A stretch of 64,000 bases of DNA, taken from assembly GCA_013239625.1 (NCBI GenBank), contig MU053934.1, positions 458,074 through 522,073 of the forward strand, read 5' to 3'. Below the pieces are notes generated by a model. The model was not told where the DNA came from, searched no databases, and worked only from the letters and a program-made list of their open reading frames with translations. Shown piece after piece: positions 1-13,153 of this stretch (its first letter is position 1; each line of letters opens with the position of its first letter). Source of the DNA: Lama guanicoe (taxonomy: Eukaryota). Made by a program: the position numbers and the translations under genes.

Positions 1-50
1 GGGGGAGGGGCTAGGAGGGGAGGGGTGGAGAGGGAGGGGGATGGAGGGGA
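1..50 (+). repeat. G-rich purine low-complexity tract
   Basis: Multiple G3-G5 runs separated by 1-6 nt. Confidence 0.75.
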
Positions 51-489
51 ATGTAGCTGCAGCAAGAGAGGAAGAAGGGCAGAAACTGAGACTCTGAGAG
101 CAGGCTAGATTGATCCTTCCAAAGGTTTCTAATCTCTGTGTTACAATACTTTGCTACAGCCAGTCTCAATCCAAATTCTTTACTCTTTCATTTAAATGAA
201 ACAGAAGTCTGAGGAATGCTCTGGAAACCAGGAATGGGATTGATCATCTTACTGTAGCAAAGTGAGGTAAGTTGCCCACAGTGGGCTAATCCATATGGTG
301 CTATTCAGAAAAAAAATCCGTGTTGCCTGGAGCCAAATGATTTGAGCAGAAATGCCTGAGACCAGACAGAGAGAAAAGAGCACAGGGTAGGGGAAAGCAT
401 GCAGAAATGCGGGTTTTAAATAAAAGTTGCTTCTTCCAGATTTCACAAACTAAAGATGAGAGCCCACGCCTGCTGCATATTTAGCGGTG

Positions 490-610
490 TGCCACTTTAC
501 AGACGAGGAAATTGAAGTCCAGGGAAGTAGAGTAACTTGTCCCATCACCCAACCAGTAGAAGCTAATGCCAAGATTCAACCCCAGGTAGTTCGGCTCTAG
601 AGAGCTTTAA
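490..610 (-). mobile_element. MIR SINE fragment
   Basis: Core motif CCACTTTACAGACGAGGAAATTGAAG...AGTAACTTGTCCC...AAGATTCAACCCCAGG. Confidence 0.65.
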
Positions 611-1036
611 TTACCCCCACTACCCTATTCAACAGCCTTGTGGGGTGAGGAGCAAGATGGTGGATGCTACCTTGGTAATGAAGCCAAGGAACCTGGATGC
701 CAGGCCTAATGGGCATGAATGGCCTTGGACCAGCAAGGATGCCAGCCTCAGTCAGAGAAATGGCCCTTTCCTGGGCATCCAAGCAGTCTTGAGGCAGGCA
801 GCATCAGATGGTTCATGGGACTGGAGGCCTTTAAGGGGAGTGTTCACTGATGCCAGGGACCCACCGGCTATGAGGCACAGCAGAATGACAGTCCAACCAC
901 TGGGCAACTAGGTGAGCTGCATATTCCACTCCATCATCAATGGAAAGACATCAGGAAATCTCAACTTGGCTCCAAGTGTGATCAAGACACAAGAGAACAG
1001 GTGGAAACCAAGAGCGGTTAGAGTCACAGCAATTGA

Positions 1037-1315
1037 GAAAGAGAGGGATTGAGAGATGAGAGAGGGATGGAAGGATGGAGGGAGAAGAGAATGGAGAGAG
1101 GAATGGAGGGAAGGAGGGAGAGGAGGAGGGAGAGAGGGAGAGATGGAGAGAGGGATGGAGAGATGGAAAGAGGGATGGAAGGATGGAGAGAGAGGAAAAT
1201 GAAGAGAGGAGGGGAAAGAGGGATGGGAAGAGGAAGGGAGATTGAGAGAGGGATGGAGAGATGGAGAGAGGAATGGAAGGATGGAGAGAGGAATGGAGAG
1301 AGGAGGGAAGGAGCG
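1037..1315 (+). repeat. GA-rich polypurine degenerate repeat (GGAGAGAGG/GATGGA units)
   Basis: About 280 bp of almost pure A/G with recurring ATGGAGAGAGG. It explains the overlapping Ser/Pro/Leu- and Arg/Glu/Gly-rich ORFs. Confidence 0.9.
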
Positions 1316-3999
1316 ACGAAATGTGTGTGTGTGTACACATGTGAGTATCATATAACCAACCAAGACCAGCAACAAAAGCTAGTAACATATTAGTCTTTAA
1401 AACAAAAAAAGGAAGTAGAGGCAAAAACAGGGGGACGAAGAGCCACTACCCTGGGCCTCCAACACTCCTGAATAGAGTCAAGTTAAAATTCTGTTCCTCG
1501 GGCACAGAGTCTAGTGCCTTTAGGAATTTGCCTTGCATGGCAGTTGTACTCACAGAAGGTCTGTCATAAATATTTGCTGATGGTGACAATGACAGCTACA
1601 CATTTACAGCCACCTAAGCTGCCTATCCCCACGGCTAATTTGTTTTGTGTTTGTCCTCAAAAATCTTCCCTTTATGAACCTCTCCATCTTGCGAGCAAAA
1701 TCCCTTCACTCGAGGGCTGAGATTTGCTAAGAAGCTTGGAGCTTCATTTCATATCAATTTTCTTACAATTAATCAGTTTTATTTAAAAAGGAGGCGGGGG
1801 ATAGATATATCTACAGACCAGGGAGAATGGATGCAGCTTAGAGAACAATTATATGTAATGGTCCCAGAAGGGTTAGCTGTTCAGCTGATCATTAAAGAAA
1901 TGGATGGAGTTGGCTTTAAAAAAGGCTCCAGCTCCCTCTGCCTCCCCCGAGTCAGAGGGAAAAAACAAAAAACGGAGAGGACTCTCTCTGCTTCCTTCTG
2001 CAACCACATTAAAATGTGTCCCCAAACAGCCTTTCACTAAGAACCTCCCACCTTGGCTGTGCCTCTAGCATACAAATGCAGGGCACCACCTCTGGCTTTT
2101 GGAAGCGCAATTGCAGTTTGGAGATTACTCATTACCGTAAGTATCGTTGGTTTATTTTCCAACACACCAGCCGGCATACCCATGGCTGGACACAGCAAAT
2201 CAGGTTAACATTCTATTTAATCTGACAGTTCCTTACTTGTCTAGCTGGTGGTTTTGTTCTAGGCTTTTTTCCCCCTAGGTATAAAAATCTATTTATCTGT
2301 TTACTCTTCCTCTTTGACCATCAGCATTAAAAATCAACGCCCACCAGTCAATAATGATGAACTGGACCATCTTGTAAACTGGTCCAGGCAACTGGAGACT
2401 GGCTCCTACCTTCCTACTAACTTGGCTGTGACATGTGGAAGTTCCTACATCCTACTGCTATTGTGACGGACAGGCCAGAAATGGTCTCCCGACACTAACA
2501 TGGGATCACAAGCTCCAAAGACAATGAAAAAGTTGATCTGTGTCTGGAAAAATTCAAGTGTCATCTCTGGAGTCAGACCAAATATTCAGATCTTGGCTTC
2601 TTGGCCTGTGCACCCTTGGAGATGCCCCTTCCCTCACTAAGCCTGTGGCCTCATCTGTAAACTGGTGAAAGAATTATACCTACTTCATAGGATCAAATGG
2701 GCAATGTCAAAATGGAGAGAAAAGACACCACACAATACACTGGAGAGACAGCCAAGCAACAGCTGATCTGATCCTGTAAACGCTCAGTTAGGAACTGTAA
2801 CACAAACGGACCTGAGTAATAAACCAACGGCAGACGAGGAAAACAAAAGAAACTGGAAAAACAGTCTGCCATGTCCAGGTAAAATGAACCATGATGTCAT
2901 CTCAACCTGTCCTCACTCAGGACCGTCGCTGGAGCCTCCCAGACCAGCCAACCACACGCAGGTCTCTGACCCACTTGAACCTCACTCTGGCCTCCTGGGT
3001 CCCCTGAATTCCAATGGAAGCCACCCCAGACTATGGAAGGATGCAGAATGGTACCTCACGTGGACCATCATCAGCCTCTGAAGAGGCAGAGGTGGCATGA
3101 GTGGGACGATCCTATCAGGAGTGGCAGGGGAGGCGGGAGGGAGGAGGGAATTAGTCTCTCAGTACCTTATCTTATTCCGTCACCATGCCTGCCTGAGTCT
3201 GAGCTTGTTAGCCCTTTTCTCAGATGAACAAAGTGAGGCTGAGCAGGTTAATCTGCTCATCCGGCATCACCTTGTCTGCTGTCCAGTTTAGAAATGTTAA
3301 CTCAGCTCAGAAGTCCTCCAAGGGCCCCCTGTCTCACTCCAGGCCATCCTCCAGAATTCAAGTCACAGGTGGTCCCCTCTCTGACATCCTTAGGAGCTCG
3401 CTACAAGTCAAGGAGAGAAAGGAGGGGGACAACGACGTGGAGAGGAACGAGCCCAGATGGGAGGCAGGGGGACCTGAGAGTCACGCTCAGCTGGTGGGAA
3501 GCCCCACCTTCCACTCTCCTGTCTTCTGCATGAGAAGCTTGGGCTAGAAAGAATCAGAGGTAGGCTGTTCCCTCTGACATCCTCATTTTACACAAACAGA
3601 AACAGGTCTGTAGAGAAGTAAGCAATGGACCAGCAAGTTCCTGGCCAGGTCAGGACTAGGACCCTGGGTACCCACCTATCACCCAGGATTTTTCCCGTAT
3701 CTTCACATCCACATGCAACATTTCACCATCCACTGAGCCCTCCCCACTACTCCTTGGAGGCACAACAGATTCCTTGCCATCCTGCTTCTCTGAGTTAATG
3801 CTCCCTTCCAAGAGCAGGTTAGTAGGTGGATATTGGGATTAAGACCTGGGTGATTCCCTAGACTTCGAGTAATCTCTCCAGGCCAGCTGTGCTCACACTG
3901 CAGATGCCCCAGCTTCTGAAATGCAAAGCAAACATTCTGCCACCGACTAGAAGAGCAGCTCCCAGCGTACGCAGGCATGGCAGTCACCTTGAGGACTGG

Positions 4000-4097
4000 C
4001 TGGAATGTAAGAACCTGCAGGCCCCATACCCTCGAGGCACCTGCTGCAGCAGGTCCTGAGAGGAGTCCAGGAATTTGCATTTCAAACGAGTTCCAGG
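4000..4097. mobile_element. MER5-like hAT-Charlie fragment
   Basis: CAGGTCCTGAG...CCAGGAATTTGCATTTCAAACGAGTTCCAGG resembles a MER5 arm. Confidence 0.5.
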
Positions 4098-4580
4098 TTC
4101 AGAAATTGTCCCAAACTCCCCCAGCCAGTGACATGTGGCAATGATCACAAATCAGATCGCAAATCAGACCCCCATCTGCAACCCTAGTGGCAGGAGACAC
4201 GCCAGGCTAAAGTAGCTGTCCTTTCAGACACAACTCTCCTGTGATCACAGGCAGATGTCACCAAGCAAAGGCCTCCCCACTGACATGCTGCGGGTCCCAG
4301 CTGGCAGTGGGCTTTCTTTTCACTGCTCTGAAATCAACACCAAGAAATCTCTCTAAGGAGTTACAAACCATCCACAGTTTATTTAATTTTGAGTTAATTC
4401 TCCATCACTAACGGCTAATTCCAATTGCATGTTTCCCTCTAGGTAAGTTGTTCCAACTCTTTGCACAATCTATGCTCAAATTTCCACTTCATCCCATATG
4501 CTTAAGAATGACTGAAACAGGTAGCCCTCACTTTGTGAAAGGGAAGCAAATCTGTTTTGACAAAGTCACTCCTATGCCCT

Positions 4581-4771
4581 CAGGTTGCCAGATTTAGGAA
4601 ATAAAAATACAGTTATACCCAGTTGGGGTTGAATTTCAGATGAACTAAAATATATTTTCAGTATAAGTATGTTCCATGCAACATTTGGGATATACTTAAT
4701 ACTAAAAATTGTTACATGTGTATCTGAAATTCAAATGTAACAAAGAGCCTTGTATTTTATCTGGTGACGTT
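4581..4771. mobile_element. MER53 palindromic hAT DNA transposon
   Basis: GGTTGCCAGAT...TTGAATTTCAGAT...AGTATAAGTATGTTCCA/TGGGATATACTTAATACT...ATCTGAAATTCAA...ATCTGGTGAC, an internally self-complementary element matching the recalled MER53 consensus. Confidence 0.85.
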
Positions 4772-4899
4772 CACTCAAAAAATATATACTGAGCCTCTAC
4801 TCTGTGTTACTTACCACGATTACAAGACATATAGGCAGGGTAGGTGGTAAATGTTTCCAAAGTGGCTGTTGGGGAGGAGATAATTTTTAGTATTGCTGA

Positions 4900-5119
4900 G
4901 GCTTGGAGTTCCTGCAACCATTCTGCAAAAATATGAGGAGACCAAAGGACCAGTAGGGAAGCCCACCCAGAGCACCGAGGGTACTGAGCCAGGCAACCAG
5001 CGCTAACAACCACCTCCCCTCGAGAGATGGCAGAGCAAGATAAATACACTCTTATTTGTTTAACCCACTGTTGGTTGGTTTTTCTGCTACTGGAACCCAA
5101 ATGATTCCCAGCTGATACA
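4900..5119 (+). mobile_element. Old ERVL/MaLR LTR 3' part (MLT1/LTR16-like)
   Basis: GAGCAAGATAAATAC...TGTTTAACCCACTGTTGGTTGGTTTTTCTG...CTGATACA terminus. Confidence 0.55.
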
Positions 5120-5249
5120 CGAAAGATAGTCCCCTTAACTATGTATGTTACCTTTGGCCTCTCCAAGTAGAACAAAAGTGGTTTTTGTCTAGGAATCATA
5201 TTGGTGAACCTCTCCCTTTCTTTCCTTCCTTTCCTTTCATTTACTTATT

Positions 5250-5300
5250 CATCCTTCCATCCACCCATCCACCCACCCATCCATCCATCCATCCACCCAC
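5250..5300 (+). repeat. (CCAT/CCAC)n tetranucleotide repeat
   Basis: CCATCCACCCATCCACCCACCCATCCATCCATCC. Confidence 0.85.
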
Positions 5301-7499
5301 CTATACCTACACACTATACCATTTGTTTTTTTATTCTATTATAACATCCAATGATGCAACACTCTAAAGATCCGAGGAGACATCCGGATTAGTGCCTCAG
5401 ACTGACTCTCTCAGAGTCAATCACCAACATTTTTTTTTATCAGGGGCCTCTTTTGAGGAGTGTTTTGTAAACCTCTTCCCAGCTGCTAACACAGAGTAAG
5501 GGCTTTTTCCTTCCAGTATTGCTAAGGCCCCTGACTCTCTCCTGACCCAGTACACTTCCTAGGGATCAGATTACAACCCTATAGAAATGCAAAAAAGCCA
5601 CAGAGGTGCCCTTGGGGATCAATACATCCACTCCAGGACACCAAGGACCCACGGTGGGGCAGGAGTGCTCTCAGCCACAGGTGATCTGAGAAGACTGCTG
5701 ATCCAAACAGACAGATGCTTCTTGGGTGAACAGTCCCAGGTACTAATGACTGTAATTAAGAAGCCAACTGCCACTTACTTCTCTCTCTGGTGCAAACAAG
5801 TGGAAAAGGAAACTTAGTGCACGAAGAAGGAAGGCTACTGAAACCAAACATGGAACCACTTAGCTAACTGGGTCCTAAAATTTCATTTCAAACATCTGCC
5901 TCCAAAGTCACTTGGTCCCAAAGAGTCAGGCCATCCATCCCTATTCCAGCCCTGCTGTGCTGGGCTCCCCCACTCTATTCAGCATTCATCTCCACCTCTG
6001 AGACATCCTTTTATTTGTCATGACTCTGCTTTTGTTCCTTCCATCTCAACCCAAAAGCTTTTCTCTTTCTCATCCCCCAGTTCCTGCAATACTTTGTAAT
6101 ATAAGCCATTTAAACAGAGTTTCCATCACAATACTGCAGTGTAGACGAACTTTATCGTCTCCTTGCAGACAATTCTAGGTACTATCTATACTTCTCCTTC
6201 AATCAAGCCAAATGGACCACTATTTATTATCAGTTCACTGCCCCTTATTAGCACACTGACTGTGTCTAGATAGCAAATGCCCAAGGATGTCAATATCCTG
6301 AGGTATCGATCCAAGAGGCAGACCTTAACAAACACTCATCTTCCTGCTCGGAGGATTCTTGGCAAAGCGTGGCGCATCAGAACCCAGCTGGCTCACCAGA
6401 AGACCACGTCGTGCAGAGCCAAACCAGATGCCAGGGAGACACCTAAGACAGTGACCAATTTACGAGGGGGAACGAGGTGGACAAGTTAGAAGACACAGAA
6501 TGAGGCTAAGAAAATAAACAGACAGGAGGCTTTTTAGAGAAAATCTGTTCATGCTTAAGATAATCAATTAATTGTTGACTGGACTCCCAGCAGCAATCAT
6601 GGAAGCTACAGCCATGATTATTCTAATAGACTCAGGTTCTTACTGGGCGGAAATAACAGAAGCCAACAAAGAGCTGACTGGCCACATGGTGAATGGACTG
6701 AGCTTTTCCCTTCCCAATCCATGACTATTTTACCGAGAATGAAGTGGCCACCCAACTCCAGCTCCAAGTTACCATCATTTCTAGCTTCACAATGGAACTG
6801 CACCCTTTAGAGGAAAACACCTTATTTCCAAATGTCCTCAACAGGTCTAGTATTGTCTGTGTGTCCCACCCTGCCTCTGCCCTCCCCACTACTCCAGCCA
6901 AGGAGTCCTAATCCAAGATGGCGACTGGGAGCTTCAACCAGCAGTGCTAAGCCAACCATATTTATTCTCACGGAAATTTTAAAGAAGGCACATACACACA
7001 AAGACAAGTTCTCACCGGTGATAGGTGCCTAAGCTCACAGGCATATAGAGTTGGGGCTCGAAGACCATATTGGGTGGTGCAAAAGAAGAAAGAACAGAGC
7101 AAGCTGGACAGGTGGAGGGGGGAAAGAACACAGCTGATGAATGACGAGACACGGAGGAGAGGGTGGGGGAAGCAGAAAGAGAGAAAGAGAGCCAGAGGAG
7201 GAAGATGGAGAGCTAGAAACGAGGAGATAGAACTAGACACAGCCTATGACCCCCCTAGCCTAGAAGAAAAAGCCTTGATTCCAAAATTTTCAAGTAAAAA
7301 TTGAGCTATACTTTTTGCTCTTGGGTTTTTAGGCAGTACCCAAGTCTCATAAATAACACAACCAGCCCCCTCTTCGAACCTGAGCAGATCTGTATGTCTT
7401 GCAACTAAAACACGCAGGATCAGAACTTGCATCAACACGAAACACACTTCTTGAGCAAAGTACAAAGGTTACTGTCCTTTTCAAGTCAAAACACGCCTC

Positions 7500-7780
7500 C
7501 ACCCAACAAACATTTGCTGAACATCTTCTATGTCTTTGACCTTGTACTTAGCGCTGGGTTAGAGAGATGAATCAAAACACAGCTGGTACCCACCCACAGA
7601 GTGCAGCAAACAGAAGGGAGATGTCCAAGCACACACAATGATGAGACAGTCTGGTGAGTGCTATTTATAACCAGTGTTAGCAAGGGGGCAAGTGAAAACA
7701 CAGAGCTTCTGCCAGGCAGGGGACAGGTGGGCGCTGGTAGAGAAAATCATTCTGGAAGAAGCAACATCTGAACTGAATCT
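7500..7780 (-). mobile_element. L2 LINE 3' fragment (continues at about 8530-8595)
   Basis: CAACAAACATTTGCTGAACATCTTCTATGT... is a typical reversed L2 3' end and is interrupted by an L1 piece. Confidence 0.6.
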
Positions 7781-8518
7781 CGGGTCTTTTGTGATTTCAT
7801 ATAAATTGTAGGATTATTTGTTCTAGTTCTGTGAAATATTTCCTGGGTAATTTGATAGGGATCACATTAAATATGTAGATTGCTTTGGGTAGTATGGCCA
7901 TTTTAACAATATTAATTCTTCCAATCCAAGAGCATGGGATATGTTTCCATTTCTTTAAATCATCTTTAATTCCTTTAATCAATATTTTATAGTTCTCTGC
8001 ATATAAGTCTTTCACCTCATTGGTCAGGTTTATCCCTAAGTATTTTATTATTTTTGATGTGATTTTAAAAGGGATTTTTTTTTTTTACTTTCCTTTTCTG
8101 ATATTTCATTGTTGGTGTAAAGAAATGCAACAGATTTCTGTATGTTACTCTTGTATCTTGCTACATTGCTGAATTTGTGTATCAACTCTCATAGTTTTTG
8201 TGTGGAGTCTTTAGAGTTTTCTATATATAGTATCATGTCATCCACATATCCCCTTATATTTCTTTTTCTTGTCTGATTGCTATGGCTAGGACTTTCAGTA
8301 TTATGTTGCATAGAAGTGGTGAGAGTGAGCATCCTTGTCTTGTTCCAGATTTTAGCAGAAAGGTTTTCAACTTTTCACTATTAAGTATTATGTTCACTGT
8401 AGGTTTGTCCTAAATAGCTTGTATTATGTTGAGATATGTTCCCTCTATACCCACTGTTTTAAGAGTTTTTATCAGAAATGGGTGTTGAATTTTATCAAAT
8501 GATTTTTCTGCAACTATC
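7781..8518 (-). mobile_element. L1 ORF2 internal fragment (RT region)
   Basis: ORF 7797-8015 [46 protein letters not shown] is classical mammalian L1 ORF2p. Confidence 0.93.
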
Positions 8519-8596
8519 GAACTTAATTCCAACCACCAAGGATCAGCTAGGCGAAGAGAGGAGAGGAGGGCATTCCAGGAGGCTTGGCACTGCCAG

Positions 8597-8716
8597 GGTG
8601 CTGGAGCTGGCTCCTACTGGTGGGAGAATTTACACCACAGAAATGGGCCAATGCTACATCTCAGGGCTTTTAAAGATTCTTTCTTTTCTGAGAGTTGGTA
8701 TACCAGTGCACACCTG
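8597..8716. mobile_element. MER63-like hAT-Blackjack element (internally deleted)
   Basis: GTGCTGGAGCTGGCTC...ATTTACACCACAGAAATGGGCCAATGCTACATCTCAGGGC...TACCAG. Confidence 0.6.
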
Positions 8717-10226
8717 GATGTCGAAGGCTGGAAAAGACAACGTGTGGTTATACAAGGTTGGAAAGTAGACTGTCAGAGAAGGAAATGGCCAGAGGTGCAA
8801 GGCGGACGGGGGCCATCTGAACACATCCTTGCAGGCACGAGAAGTTTACACTGTCCTACGCCACTGTATGGAGGGGGTGGGGGCAGGGAGGTTAAGTAAG
8901 AGAGTGAAATGGTTGGTTGGAGTGATTTGGTTGCAGAGCAGAAGATGGGCACTCATGAAATCTGAGGCAACTGAAGCTAGAGGGCTGCTGGAAGGAGAGG
9001 CTCGACCCCCGGACTTCCGCCCCCACGCAGAGCGCTCACTCAGCTCCGGGAGGGCAATTCCTGAGTCCCTCCCAAGTGCCTCTGGGATTCGCGAGGGACT
9101 GACACCAGAAATTCAGAGCATCAAAGGCCAATCAAACATTAATGGAAAACAAAAGCAAAACAGAGGCAGAAGGGAGTAGGATTCAGCAGTGTGGTGTCAA
9201 CTAAACAACTTTAACTTAACTTGTATGATTAAGTGAGCTTTTTCAGCACAAGTGACTTTTGCAATCAGGTGTTAGGAAGGGGAAAGAGTTCTGAACTTTG
9301 AGCTGCTGGCTTTAGATTGAAATCTTGGCTTTCCAGCTGTGTGATCTTGGGCAAGTCACTGAATCATAGCAAAGCATGAATTTCAACTGCTTCATTCATA
9401 GAATGTGGGCCAAAATACCTGTTTTTCTAATGTTTATTATGAAGACGACGTGAGAACTGGAAGATGCAAGTGTCTTATAGGTATAATTCTTGACAATGAT
9501 GGGGGGCTGTTTGTTGTCATAAACTAAGAAATTCCCCACATTACTTAAAGGTCTGGATGAAGTGGGGCAAAGAATGTGGAAGGCTACAAAGCCATGAGGA
9601 CAAAAAAGAAATGCATTCATGAACATTTTCACGAACTGTCCAGAAGGGATGTCTTTAAGTCAAACCTGAGCTCCCAATTGAAGAGCATCGTACAAATTTG
9701 GCAGAAGAAAGACCAAGACAGTCACAGAATAAATATGAGTGGTGCTCCTTTTAAGCTTAGTGGTCAGTGCAGGCTACAGGCCAGATAGAAAAACTCTAAC
9801 TGGTGTCAGGATAAATGAACTTCTCTAGACTTCACATCCCCTGTGCACACAGAATGGCTGATTTGGTCTGAGCAATATCTTCCTCGATGCTAAATGGGAA
9901 CCAGAAAAGACTTGTATGCAACACTGACTCCGTTCTGTATTGTTTATCTTTGTCTTTGACACATTAGTTTATACATGGTGGTAAGAAGTATAACAGAGTG
10001 CCTGGATAAGAAATTACTTTGTCACTTCTAAGTTACTATGAAGATATTCATGATGATGATGAAAATAACAATGAGAACAAACATGTGACAAAGACGATAT
10101 TAAAAATTCTTCAATGATACGCAAATAAGCTGAGACCTATGACTTGTGTGGCACTAAGCTGGACGTTACGAAGGTGCACTGTTCCTGCCCTTGGAATTGA
10201 GTGGACAGACAGAAGCACACAATAAG

Positions 10227-10346
10227 AGGGGGATGTATAGCTCAAGTGGTAGAGTGCCTGCATAGCATGCCTGAGGTCCTGGGCTCAATGCCCAGTGCCT
10301 CCTCTAAGAATAAATAAGTAAACCGAATTACCACCCAGCCAAAAAA
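10227..10346 (+). mobile_element. tRNA-derived SINE (Vic-1-like, camelid)
   Basis: A box TAGCTCAAGTGG, B-box-like GGCTCAATGCC, AATAAA-rich tail. Degenerate TSD AAGCACACAATAAG/AAGCACGCAACAGG. Confidence 0.88.
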
Positions 10347-11580
10347 GCACGCAACAGGGTCACAGCAGAAGGCATGCTGTAACAACTCCCACAATGGATG
10401 GAGGTATAATGGCAATATTGTGGAGGTAGAAAGTAATTTGGACTAGATGGAACACGGCACAGTATTGGCAGAGGAAAGAGTTAAGATGGACTCTATAGAG
10501 AGGGTGGGGTTGGCCCAGGGAGGAGGTCCCTGCATGAGTAACAGCGCAGAGACAGAAGAGGGACACATGCATTTGGGGACCCCACTCTAATGGCTGAAGT
10601 TAGGATAGGTTAAGGGGTGGGGTTGTGAGTGGAAGTTGAGCTTGGTGGTTGCTTTGACAGAGTTGGAAAGAGAAGTTAGAGAAAAGATCCCAGAGGACAC
10701 TAAATGTGAAACTGGCCCAACTCTCTTGTTCTCCAGGCAAGAAGGAGGCATGGAAGGCTTGTGAGCAAGAAGAAACCATAAATGTATTTCTAATTATCAC
10801 GCAGGTGAGCAGACTGACAGGTAGAGTGCAACAGATAGGCAGACAAATTGAGATAAAAATGAGGAAATCAAGAAATAGGGAAAAGATGAGGGAACGGACC
10901 AAAAGTATCCCTAAGCCAAGCTCTGCCAAGAATTGGCACGTGGCCCTGGGACTCCCCCTCCTCACTCTAAAGCAGTGCCCACCACTGTGAAGTTTCAGGA
11001 GACACAGAAAATCACTCACTTCCAGCTTTCACATTTTGGGGGTTAATTCTTCTCTGGAGCAGAAACATTAGCTTTGTTTTAAATATAATCTGGTGGCAAC
11101 ATTCGTCACAGAAATCCTGACTTCCTTTCCCTTTGCCCAGAGAAGAGGAGTACCAAATGTCTTACTAGATACTGGCCCCTCCCTCCTTCCTTCCAAAAAA
11201 CATGTGTTGACATCTCCCCTGGGCCAAGCATGAGGCCAGGACTGGGGATGTTCTAACACAAGATCCAAGAGGTTCCTTTTACCCTGGTCCATCTGTGAAG
11301 AGTTCATTACCTGCCGAGGCCCAAGGTGGGCAATTCCCCCAGTGCCACAGATTGGGGTACCACATTGGGAGCAGGATGCGGGAGAGGGGGCAGAATCCCC
11401 CCTCACCTGCCTCTGCCCATATTTACCTCTCTGCTCAATAAACCCTGATGCTCATCTTAATACAAATCAATACCTACTTAATGGCAGAGGAACAAGAGAT
11501 TAAGGCAATACAAGTGAGGGAAAGAGAGAGGTTTCGAGATGAGATGTGAGTGGATTTGGAAAAGCAAACGTAGGGAGAAT

Positions 11581-12166
11581 TGTTACCAGGGCTGCTGCCC
11601 CAGAATCATACCCCTGCCTCTCCCTCGAATAGAAACCAATCACTCTTATCTAGGTTTCAGGAGGCAGCTGCAAAGAGAAAAAACAAGAACCAGTTAGAAC
11701 CAACTAGGCCCAAGATGGCAGAGGACTGGACCTTGAGCCCCATTGTAAGCTCACTGTATGCATTAGCATGTGAAGTGACACACCCACCAGCGTCAGGACA
11801 GTTGATGGTCAGTCACCATGACAACAACCGGAAAAGGCCATACAAGGACTGCAAAGTGTGTTGTATCAGTTGCAGGTCCAAAGCACACCCCTGGCCTCAC
11901 GGATATTCCTCCTATTCTTTCTAATCCCCTCCCTCTCACCTCCACCCTCCTATATATTCCATGTCTCCATCTGCATTGGGTTCAGAAGCTGATTAGTGAA
12001 TAGGTTCCTGCTTCTCCATTCTTTGGCCAGTGAGTAAAGCCGGTGCTGTTCCAGCTTCAGTATCCATTCCGTTATTGCCTGCTCGAATTTGATCAGAAAA
12101 AGAACTTCCCTGGCCAGGACAGGGTGGGGTCTCAGCCTGGGCTAGGACCTGACCAATCTGGTAACA
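11581..12166 (+). mobile_element. ERV1-class solo LTR
   Basis: TGTTACCAG...CTGGTAACA perfect 9-bp terminal inverted ends and 4-bp TSD GAAT. CAAGATGGC (YY1-like), TATA-like CCTATATA at about 11950 and AGTAAA at about 12033. Confidence 0.85.
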
Positions 12167-12849
12167 GAATCAGTTTGCCACGGGTGAGGACGAAATGCTG
12201 CCAGCAGAACCAAGGCTTCCTGAAGGTCACAGTGACACAGGCCAAGGTAACATAGGTCAGGGTGGCTCAGGGAAACTCCACAGGATGAACAGGAAGAGGG
12301 CTTCCCGAGCCAGAGTACCCCAAACTGGCCCCCAAAGAGAAATGCCTTCTACTTCTCAAGACAGCTCTGTTAAGTGGCTGTTATCAGGAACCCAGGGATG
12401 TCAGGCCGCTCTAAAACACCAAACACTGCAGCCCGAGCTGATTTAAGTCATGTAAGCAGTACCCACTCAGGGCTGAGCACTGACCGTGGCCTTATCCATT
12501 CAACCTGATTCAGTCTTCATAGTAAAGCAGGTGGCAGGAAGTTCCTCCATATGTACTGCAGTGAGGAAAACAAGGCCCTCATTCGGAAGTGAAGCATTTC
12601 CAAAACCCAGGGAAGTGAAAGGCCAGTGTTCAGATCTGGGTGTGTTAGTGCCCTGTTCTGCCACCACGCTGTGGCACATCGGACGGAGCTGGACCACAGA
12701 CCATGAAAAGAAATGTACATTTTGGGCCCCGTGGCTTCAAACTCCAGCATGAATGCTGTCTCATGGGAATGAGATCAAGGCCAAGTTCATTTGTTTGAGG
12801 AAGGAGACAGATACGTGTCTATCTTCCTTGCCTGGAAAGTATTATCATC

Positions 12850-12950
12850 AAGCCCATTTTACAGAGGAAGAAAGTAAGACACAGAGGTACCATGACATGA
12901 CTAAGATCACAGATCCTCTGGGCAAGAAGGCTGGGACCTCAAACTGGGTC
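12850..12950 (-). mobile_element. MIR fragment
   Basis: CCCATTTTACAGAGGAAGAAAGTAAGACACAGAGG...AAGATCACA. Confidence 0.65.
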
Positions 12951-13153
12951 CTTTCTTTAAATGACTAACACTGGAAACAAAGGCAGAGAAGCTCAGAAAA
13001 GGAGAGAAATGGGGAATTCCTGTGGCCTGGCAAGGGCAGAGAAAGCTTCCCAGGGGAGGTGGGATTTGAGCTGAGCCTTGAAGGCCTGGTAGGAGCAGGG
13101 CCAGCACCGAAAACATCAGAGGGGTGAGGAGCAGGACCAAAGGACTGGGGACA

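Noticed and set aside
908..1424. Four overlapping ORFs of 104-157 aa
   Set aside because: They arise from the stop-poor GA/CT low-complexity repeat.
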